Below, piece by piece: positions 9,119 to 16,318 of a DNA stretch of 32,000 bases. The DNA comes from Archaeoglobus fulgidus DSM 4304. Its GTDB lineage: Archaea > Halobacteriota > Archaeoglobi > Archaeoglobales > Archaeoglobaceae. The notes below the pieces were generated by a model. It searched no databases. It was not told where the DNA came from and was given only the letters and a program-made list of their open reading frames with translations. Within the stretch, counting starts at the first letter, position 1. Every line of letters starts with the position of its first letter. Position numbers and translations under genes: made by a program. The stretch spans positions 1,290,001 to 1,322,000 of the forward strand of contig NC_000917.1 in NCBI RefSeq assembly GCF_000008665.1. The letters are read 5' to 3'.

Positions 9119-9714
9119 CTCACCTTAAGCGTAATCTTTCGGAGGTAGTTCTCACTTCTGACATCCACCACGTAAGCTTCAGGCGCTATTGTGGGAAGAT
9201 GGTAGCCTGTAAACACCCTCAAAACCTCCCCAGCCTGAATGCTGCACGTCAAAGCGTACGAAATGGGGTCTCTCTTCACCTCCGGATACTCAACCTCCCA
9301 GAATTTAACCCCATCCGGCAAAAAAGTTGTGATGATGTCGGGAATGAAAGGCGCACCTATCTTTTCTGCTATCTCCGCCATCACCTCGATGTTCTTGTGC
9401 GCAACAACCACGTCAATGCCCCTGAGAAGCTTTCTCAGCTCTGACTCGCTTTCTGGATAAAGGTAGGAGATAACGCAGGAGTCTGAAGACATTGGATGCA
9501 CTACGTCGTAGTTGTTTGCCTCAAGGGGGTCGATGGTGCAGTCAAGCCTTGAGTCTACTGGAGAAACGTAGTCGGAGATGTACCTGATGCAGCCAACACC
9601 GCTCCTCCAGAGTATTTCCATTAGCATCCTGCTGCCAACAACGGCTACGCTGAACTTGCGTAGGTAATCTATTTTCTCCTCCTCGGCCATTCCGTGCCAG
9701 AAGATGTGCTTCAT
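9115..9714 (-). CDS. ThiF/E1-like Rossmann-fold protein, possibly degenerate
   Basis: 199 aa; KFSVAVVGSRMLMEILWRSGVGCIRYISDYVSP...DVVVAHKNIEVMAEIAEKIGAPFIPD resembles the E1-like fold but lacks the canonical GxGGxG. It overlaps gatE by 4 nt. Confidence 0.55.
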   Translation of the reverse strand: MKHIFWHGMAEEEKIDYLRKFSVAVVGSRMLMEILWRSGVGCIRYISDYVSPVDSRLDCTIDPLEANNYDVVHPMSSDSCVISYLYPESESELRKLLRGIDVVVAHKNIEVMAEIAEKIGAPFIPDIITTFLPDGVKFWEVEYPEVKRDPISYALTCSIQAGEVLRVFTGYHLPTIAPEAYVVDVRSENYLRKITLKVR

Positions 9715-10826
9715 CAGACTTCTTCGAACCTCCCCTTCAGCTTTTCAAGAACTTTGGGGAGGGTTGTGTACTCCATATCCTCGCTCGGCAGTCTGTGCGG
9801 CTCGAAGGGGCCATGGCGGCGCATGTATTCGGCAATCTCCATTGCCTTCTGCCTCGTGTAGTCGAAGGCCGGGTCGTCGAACATGTCCACCGGGCCAATA
9901 ATCTTTCCATTGGCAAGCTGGAAGCCTGCGGCTATACAGCGAGGTGGGCCGTCAAAGCGCGTGCATTTGGAGTATTTGAAGGGCACTGGCATGATCGGCC
10001 CATTGTGGCTCCCCCTCATCCACCCGCTCACGAGGTGGGGGAAGGCGAAGGGCTCAAGAACCTCTCCAACTGCAGGCAACCCGCTCTGAGCCCTCACCAG
10101 TGCAACAGGATCATCCTTACCAACATACTCTCCCGCAACCTCGTAGAGCTTTTCTGTGCTGATTACCGCAACGGGCTCGTCAGCAGGAAGCTTTCCGCCC
10201 TCTTTTGGATAGACTCTCTTGATTACAAACCTGCTCTTCCCTCCAATCAGGGCGAGAATGTCGTACATCTCCTCAGGAGTCCTCATGAAAACCCTCTTGC
10301 TCTCCTTGATATCCCATATCTCGAATACAAAGCCCTGATGCATTGTGGGGTCTATAACCAGACCAGCGGTGTTGAAGGGGTCAGCGAACATCCTGAAGAT
10401 TGGCATGTTGAAGGCTCCGGGCTCGGTTTTATCCATCATGAAGGCTATTACTGGCTCCGCCTTTCTTTCTGTGAACTCCATCTCTGCTACTCCTGGCCCC
10501 AAGCCTCTGACGTTGCCCGAGAAGGCATCCTTGAGCAAATCCTGTCCCGCACCGTAAAGCTTCAGCTCCTTTGCAATGCCTGCAGCCTTCTCAAAAGTCT
10601 CCCATGCGAGCCTGTGGATCTCTTCGCTGTCAACGCCCTTATCGTGGGTCATCAGCAGTTCGAGGTCATCTCCAGCGTTGAATACTCTAAAATCAATAAT
10701 AAGGCCAGAATCAACAGCGTTTTTCAAATTCTCTTCAGCGGCTTTTTTCAGCTCATCGGGAACCGTTGTGTGCCCAGCGACGCTACCAACATCCGCTTTT
10801 ATCAGAGAAACGGTTACTTTCCTCAT
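9714..10826 (-). CDS. fbp: Fructose-1,6-bisphosphate aldolase/phosphatase (archaeal type)
   Basis: ORF 9714..10850; MRKVTVSLIKADVGSVAGHTTVPDEL...GVYNQTSG-type archaeal FBPase class; start assigned to the internal Met before RKVTVSLIKADVGS. Confidence 0.95.
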   Translation of the reverse strand: MRKVTVSLIKADVGSVAGHTTVPDELKKAAEENLKNAVDSGLIIDFRVFNAGDDLELLMTHDKGVDSEEIHRLAWETFEKAAGIAKELKLYGAGQDLLKDAFSGNVRGLGPGVAEMEFTERKAEPVIAFMMDKTEPGAFNMPIFRMFADPFNTAGLVIDPTMHQGFVFEIWDIKESKRVFMRTPEEMYDILALIGGKSRFVIKRVYPKEGGKLPADEPVAVISTEKLYEVAGEYVGKDDPVALVRAQSGLPAVGEVLEPFAFPHLVSGWMRGSHNGPIMPVPFKYSKCTRFDGPPRCIAAGFQLANGKIIGPVDMFDDPAFDYTRQKAMEIAEYMRRHGPFEPHRLPSEDMEYTTLPKVLEKLKGRFEEV

Positions 10827-10880
10827 GATAAGATGATGATGCGTAAACAATTTAAACTTTAAGGTTTATGATAGAAAGAC

Positions 10881-11627
10881 GTGATAACTATGCTGGAGCG
10901 TGTGCCCACTGGGATACCGGGGTTTGATGAACTTTGCAGTGGTGGATTGTTGAGGGATAGGAGTTACCTTGTTTCCGGCCCGTCGGGTTCCGGCAAAACA
11001 ATTTTCGCAATGCAGTATCTTGTAAACGGCATAGAGAAGTACAACGAGCCCGGAGTTTTCGTTGCAACAGAAGAAAGACCCCAGCACCTTCGAGAGCACT
11101 TTCTGACCTTCGGCTGGGATTTGGAGAAGTACGAAGACGAGAACATGCTTGCAATAGTTGACGCAACTTCAACAAAAATCGGCCTGCCATCGGATGAGAG
11201 GTACATAGACGTCAGGCCCTTCGATACCCGCTCTCTCCTTGACCAGATAATCACCATTCAGGACGAGATCGGAGCGAGGAGAGCGGTTGTGGATTCAACA
11301 ACGTCCATCGGCTTTACGATCTCGGACCCAGCGAAGTTCAGAGTTGAGCTACTGAAGATATCCACGACAATGGAAATTCTCGGCCTCACCTCAATACTGA
11401 CCTGCGAGGTCGTTGAAGGTGGTGGAGATAAGATTAGCAGATTCGGAGTTGAGAACTTCGTTGTGGAGGGGACGATAGTCCTCTACTACACGAGAATAGA
11501 GAACACGAGAGTAAGGAGCATCGAAATCTTCAAAATGAGGGGGACGAACCACAGCAGCAAGATCCATCCGTTCGAGATAACTGAGAACGGGATTGTGGTT
11601 TATTCTAAGGAGGAAGTGTTCGCTTAG
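10881..11627 (+). CDS. KaiC-like RecA-superfamily ATPase (single domain)
   Basis: VPTGIPGFDELCSGGLLRDRSYLVSGPSGSGKTIFAMQYLVNG Walker A; GARRAVVDSTTSI Walker B. Start could be the ATG at about 10890. Confidence 0.9.
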   Translation: MITMLERVPTGIPGFDELCSGGLLRDRSYLVSGPSGSGKTIFAMQYLVNGIEKYNEPGVFVATEERPQHLREHFLTFGWDLEKYEDENMLAIVDATSTKIGLPSDERYIDVRPFDTRSLLDQIITIQDEIGARRAVVDSTTSIGFTISDPAKFRVELLKISTTMEILGLTSILTCEVVEGGGDKISRFGVENFVVEGTIVLYYTRIENTRVRSIEIFKMRGTNHSSKIHPFEITENGIVVYSKEEVFA

Positions 11628-12865
11628 CGGAAGCGGCTCACCACAAAATTTTTCAGGTTCAACGGGTCGGAGAAGTGGAAAAGGTTTGCGTTTCCACTCA
11701 GTTTGGCCATATTCTTGCATAGCTCGAGGAATCTTCCCTCTTTGCCAAACATTATGATCTGAAGCCTTGCGTCAACGTTGCGCATCTTCTCCGCCTCCTT
11801 TAAAGCGCATCTCCACGGTGTGAGGTAGGGGTTGTAGCTTGACGTGGGCTCTCCATCTGAAATCAGAAAGACGACACCGGTTCCTGAGCTGCCCTTCAGT
11901 ATTTTTCTCGCCCTTTTTAGTGCCAGCCCGATGTCCGTCCTTCCTCTTGCCTCAAGGTTGAGAATTTCGCCCTCCTTGATTTCATGCGCCCTGTGGTTGA
12001 AGGCTATCACCCTCAGCTCATCGCCGCTTCCAGCTCTTCTTATGGCCTTTCTCAGACAGAGGGCAGCCTCGATCGCCCCAACGATCTTCCTCCCCCTCAT
12101 CGAATCGCTCACGTCTATCAGCATCACGTAAACGCATTTCTCCGTGTGCTTAGGCTGCCTCGCAACCATCTCGTTTTCGTTGAGCTCGATTTCACCCCTC
12201 ATCGCGGAGGCAATCAGGCTCTCGACGAGGTCGATGTTGTCGTAGCTGTGTGTGAATGGGTCGTAGTCCACAATCCTCTCGCTGGAAAAGATCGACTGTC
12301 CGAGCTTCTCGGTCTCGTGCTCTCCGTAGCTTCTCTTGTCGAGGTTTTGAAGGCTCAGAGAGAGAACTTTCTCAGCCAGAACGCTCTCAGCTTTGGCGGT
12401 GTAGTGAATTATCTTTCTGTGAAACCTGGTCTCGACCTTCTCGACGTATCCCATTTCCTGCAGCTCGTCAACAACCTCGTCGAAGAAGTTGTCAACAACC
12501 TGGCTCATGCTGAGCTCATCTTTGCTGATATCGCCCTTTTTTAGCATGTCTTTCAGCTCTTCCCACGCCTTCTGCTTTGCCTCTTTAATCTCCTGGTTTT
12601 TTTCCACCCAGTGGTTGCTCATGAATCCGAAGGTCTTCATGAGGTCCTTGAAAACGGAGGAGTACATTTCGAAGTCCTTTGCCATCTCAGGCTTCAGGTG
12701 CTTTTTGATTAGCTCGGTGACGTCAAAATCTCCCGAGTCTCTGTGGTAGGGATTGAAAATAGAGTAAAGCAGGTCTTCGGCTATCTTCTCCAGCCCGCCC
12801 TCGCTCCTCTGGCACAGCCCGCATTCGGGCTTATCTGTCGTAGGCGAGGTACTCATAAACTCCAA
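11624..12865 (-). CDS. VWA-domain protein partner of the upstream AAA+ ATPase
   Basis: 413 aa; MIDVSDSMRGRKIVGAIEAALCLRKAI MIDAS-like motif, RGRTDIGLALKRARKIL, VVFLISDGEPT. N-terminal helical region and CGLC near the N-terminus. Confidence 0.85.
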   Translation of the reverse strand: MEFMSTSPTTDKPECGLCQRSEGGLEKIAEDLLYSIFNPYHRDSGDFDVTELIKKHLKPEMAKDFEMYSSVFKDLMKTFGFMSNHWVEKNQEIKEAKQKAWEELKDMLKKGDISKDELSMSQVVDNFFDEVVDELQEMGYVEKVETRFHRKIIHYTAKAESVLAEKVLSLSLQNLDKRSYGEHETEKLGQSIFSSERIVDYDPFTHSYDNIDLVESLIASAMRGEIELNENEMVARQPKHTEKCVYVMLIDVSDSMRGRKIVGAIEAALCLRKAIRRAGSGDELRVIAFNHRAHEIKEGEILNLEARGRTDIGLALKRARKILKGSSGTGVVFLISDGEPTSSYNPYLTPWRCALKEAEKMRNVDARLQIIMFGKEGRFLELCKNMAKLSGNANLFHFSDPLNLKNFVVSRFR

Positions 12866-14252
12866 CCTCTCTTCTCTCCAGCAAGCCCGTACATCTCGCT
12901 ACTGATTCAAGCGTGATTTCAAGTGCTGAGCTAACCTCCTCCCTTCTCCTGCAGATTGATGACACAAAAGCCCACAGATTCTTGTATTTTTCAATTCCGT
13001 TCTCGGAGTAAACGTTAATCTCCCCAATTTCAGATAGCTCCTCCATCATTCCGCCGAATATGCTTCTCGGTATTGCGGCGTAGATTTCCCCGCAGACGGT
13101 ATCGATTGCATCATTGACAACCTCCCTCACCACTTCGTCCTTGCTAAGCTCTTCCTCGTAATCCACCTCAAACCTGCTCTTTAAAGCAAGGCTGAGATTG
13201 GCGAAATCTCTTCCATAGTCCGCGAACATCACCGCTTTCCGGCCATTTCGCATGGCTGAGGCGGCAACGTGATCAAAAGCCTTTATTGTTGCCCTGCAGC
13301 TCGGCTCAACCTCAATTCTTGCCGAGTATCTGCAGTTGCTGCTCCTCATGCATCTGACGGCAGAGGCGATTATCTTGAGATGCCACTCTGGAATTATTGA
13401 GCCATCCAAGGCCATGTTTCTCAGCCCTATCGCTATCTCGTGCTCTATGCTCTCGGGAGGGCCGATGTCTATCTGCTCCATCCTGTCGAGGAGTGGCTCC
13501 TTAATGTCCGAAACTCCCTTGTAGTTTGCAGGGTTAGTTGATGCTATGACGAGCGTGTCGATTTTCATGGGGACTATGTCTCCTTCGGGTGTGGTGACCT
13601 GCCTCTCCTCGAGAAGCTCGTGGAGGAGAGTTTGGAGAGCTGAGGGGATTGAACCGAGCTCGTCGAAGTATGCGATGCCCCTGTGTGCCTTGAGAATCCT
13701 TCCGGGAGTGAAGACTTCCGGGTGGTCGAGCTCGTAGCCCTCCTTTATTTTCTGAAGGCTGATTCCGCCGATGAGCTGCCTCGTCGTCATCATTGGGTCT
13801 CCGGCGATCCTTATCCACTTCTTCGGGACGAAAACGAGCTCAACCTCATCCTCTTCCAAGAGCTTTTTCTTGCAGGAGAAGCACGTCGGCTGCGTCGGGT
13901 CGTCGTGAATTCTGCACCCCTTGATGGCGAGGATTTTGTCGGGTAAAAGCTTTGAAATTGCCTTTGAGAAGGTTGTTTTCCCGTAACCCTTTTTCCCCTT
14001 GAAAAGGATGTTCGACCCGCTCATCAGGGCTGTTTTGACCATTTCCTTCTCCTTCTCCTTTCCTATTATTTCTTCAAATGGGTCGAGACCTCTTTTCTCA
14101 AATTCGAGGAGCTTCTCCCTCACGTATTCGGAAACGCTCTTCGAGTGGTAGTCTATAAGCTCCTTATCCCAGATGTCAACCTCCTCGCCGTTGAGAACGA
14201 ACCTGGGAGCGTTACTTCTTTTTATTCTTACCTCTTCGAATATGTAGTCCAT
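12831..14252 (-). CDS. AAA+ ATPase, Mg-chelatase/MoxR-like with PrkA (YeaG)-like features
   Basis: ORF 12831..14360, start assigned to MDYIFEEVRIK at 14252, preceded by TATA-like atataaacc. Walker A GKKGYGKTT, Walker B GIAYFDEL, sensor 1 LVIASTNPANY; Cys insert CRIHDDPTQPTCFSCKKK. Confidence 0.85.
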   Translation of the reverse strand: MDYIFEEVRIKRSNAPRFVLNGEEVDIWDKELIDYHSKSVSEYVREKLLEFEKRGLDPFEEIIGKEKEKEMVKTALMSGSNILFKGKKGYGKTTFSKAISKLLPDKILAIKGCRIHDDPTQPTCFSCKKKLLEEDEVELVFVPKKWIRIAGDPMMTTRQLIGGISLQKIKEGYELDHPEVFTPGRILKAHRGIAYFDELGSIPSALQTLLHELLEERQVTTPEGDIVPMKIDTLVIASTNPANYKGVSDIKEPLLDRMEQIDIGPPESIEHEIAIGLRNMALDGSIIPEWHLKIIASAVRCMRSSNCRYSARIEVEPSCRATIKAFDHVAASAMRNGRKAVMFADYGRDFANLSLALKSRFEVDYEEELSKDEVVREVVNDAIDTVCGEIYAAIPRSIFGGMMEELSEIGEINVYSENGIEKYKNLWAFVSSICRRREEVSSALEITLESVARCTGLLERREVGVYEYLAYDR

Positions 14253-14280
14253 TGTTGAAATAATTGTTGAAGGTTTATAT
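14251..14280 (-). promoter_or_regulatory. Promoter of the AAA+ gene: TATA-like atataaacc plus tandem ATTGTTGAA repeats at the start codon
   Basis: Plus strand 14251-14271 reads attgttgaa-ata-attgttgaa; 14272-14280 reads ggtttatat (reverse complement atataaacc). Spacing suggests leaderless transcription. Confidence 0.5.
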
Positions 14281-14381
14281 TTCAGTTTTGGTTGCTTGCT
14301 TTTCGTGTGTTTGAGCATTGAGTGTGTACTGGTGAAAGTTTTTAAGAGGGAAAAATCCAATTACTTCGAAGGTGGAGCAGA

Positions 14382-15365
14382 ATGGGTGGTGAGAGCGATA
14401 AACAAAAAAAACCAGATTATTTTTTGGTTTCAGTCTCAAATCGTCGAAACCTTGAGCTGTGCATTAAGCATGCTATGGCGGGGTTCACAAACAGCATAAA
14501 CGGACTCTGGACGTTTTTCGACATTGATGTCGGAGATTACGTTTCATTTCTCTATGGTGCGAGGGTCAGGAACTTATACAAAGTGGTGGAAAAGAAGGCT
14601 TACAAAAACGCTGAAAAATTACCTCCGTGGCCTCCTGTTACTTTCAAGATGTCTGGTAAAACCTACTACTTTCCTTTCAGGCTTTTTCTCTCACAAGAGC
14701 GCCTTTTGGATGAGCCCATGGTTAGGCCTGAGTTTTCCTACGTCGCCGAGAATTTGCTTCTGAGGGGTGGATACAGAAAAACACACTTTCATGCAGACTC
14801 AATCACGTTCTATAATATTTCCCAGATGGGAATGCCCTACGAGGGGGAAAATGAAAGTTTACACTTGGAGGCGGAAACTTTTGAGCCGAAAATAGTGTTC
14901 AAGAAGGAAAATGAAACTATACCGGAGAAGTTTTATTTCAGAGAGATAATACTGCAATCTTTGGTTCGGAAGAAAATCCCCAACACCATATTGGGGGAAA
15001 TTTTGGAGCGCTTTGGTATGTTGCAGAACGCTTCAGAATTTGAGGTACTGGGGGAGAAAGCCCTTCCTGAAGGATACGTGGATATTTTCATAAAACTTAG
15101 GCATCCAACAGCATCAAACAGGTACATTCTAGTCGAAGTTAAAACGGGAAAGGCGCAACGAAAGGACATAAGACAGCTTTTAGAGTATATGAGCGAATAC
15201 GGTAGAGAAGCAGTAGGTGGAGTGCTGGTGGCAAGAGATTTTCCCAGAAAAGCAAATGCGGATGGAGTCGTTTTTGTTAATTATCGTTTCGATGATCTGG
15301 ATGTTGAAGGGGAGTATGCTTTCGAAAAACTTCTTGAGTTACTCCGTTTGGAGGTGGTGGTGTGA
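14382..15365 (+). CDS. Putative modification-dependent nuclease: N-terminal EVE/PUA-like domain plus C-terminal PD-(D/E)XK (NucS/EndoMS-like) domain
   Basis: 327 aa; N-term [24 protein letters not shown]...[28 protein letters not shown]...[16 protein letters not shown]; C-term [12 protein letters not shown]...[25 protein letters not shown], i.e. D-x(n)-ExK followed by a Q motif. Confidence 0.65.
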
Positions 15366-15607
15366 AAAAGAGGTTCTTTATTTTTCTGACACCCGATGGG
15401 ATGACGTACTCCAGTTGTGAAGGGATTTATCCAGATGTGGATAATTTACAGGTCCTTGGATGGGCTGAAGGCTTGACGAAAGAAGATGCTTTTGAGGAAT
15501 TTTTAAGAGTGAACAGGTGGGTTTTGGACACGAACTTTAAAGAAGTCATTTGCGTGGAGGCAAGAACCAGAATTCACGAAGGAAAGTTGTTTTTGCTTAA
15601 AAAGTAA
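15362..15607 (+). CDS. Small conserved-looking protein translationally coupled to the nuclease
   Basis: 81 aa, GTG start overlapping the preceding TGA (gtga). [68 protein letters not shown]. Confidence 0.7.
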
Positions 15608-15721
15608 TAATGACAGTCTTTTCTTTGTAATTGAAGTAGCTGTCTTTATCCATACTGCATGCTCTCCAACGTCAGTTTATAAGGTAAACTTTATTTACAA
15701 TGAAAGTGTTACAATCCAACC

Positions 15722-16285
15722 ATGGACGAAAAGGATAGAAAAATCATCTCAATCCTTCAGCAAAACGGAAAAGCTACACTCTCCCAGATAGCCGAAAAAA
15801 TGGGAATGTCTGCAATGGGTGTGAAAAAGAGGCTTGACAAGCTGGAGAAGGGTAAAATTAAGCTCACTCCCCTGCTGAACGTTGAGGAGCTAGGTATAAT
15901 AACTGCCGTCGTTGCGATGGAGGTTGAAAGCTCTGATGCGTTACGAAAGATTATCGAAAAATTCAGGGATTGTCCCAGAATAATCAAGTTTTTCGTCACA
16001 ACAGGCAGCTACAACCTGTTCGCGTTAATCTATGCCGAAGATTACCACTCGCTGGAGAGCATAACTTTGGAGAAGTGCTCTCTCAGGTCTCAGCCGGGTA
16101 TCAGGAGGTACGACATTTTCCCAATCCAGGAGATCTTCTACGACAGCTATCTCGACATAAAGGTTGTTGCGGAGAAGGAGAGAGAGGATGCCCCTTGCGG
16201 AGTATTCTGCGGCGACTGCTACAGGTATGAATCAAACAGATGCTTAGGCTGTCCTGCAACGAAATTCTACAGGGGCAGGCTGTAA
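15722..16285 (+). CDS. Lrp/AsnC-like transcriptional regulator with C-terminal Cys-rich cluster
   Basis: N-term MDEKDRKIISILQQNGKATLSQIAEKMGMSAMGVKKRLDKLEKG; C-term CGVFCGDCYRYESNRCLGCP. Confidence 0.85.
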   Translation: MDEKDRKIISILQQNGKATLSQIAEKMGMSAMGVKKRLDKLEKGKIKLTPLLNVEELGIITAVVAMEVESSDALRKIIEKFRDCPRIIKFFVTTGSYNLFALIYAEDYHSLESITLEKCSLRSQPGIRRYDIFPIQEIFYDSYLDIKVVAEKEREDAPCGVFCGDCYRYESNRCLGCPATKFYRGRL

Positions 16286-16318
16286 AAATCGTAATCTTTT
16301 TTAATTAGGTTTTTAAGG

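Noticed and set aside
9795-10862. 355-aa plus-strand ORF opposite fbp
   Set aside because: Exact antisense shadow of a strongly recognised FBP aldolase/phosphatase; no domain-like motifs.
14296-14499. 67-aa plus-strand ORF starting upstream of the nuclease gene, and N-terminal extension of the AAA+ ORF to 14360
   Set aside because: The extension has no domain similarity and lies upstream of the TATA-like element; the 67-aa frame overlaps the nuclease gene in another frame.
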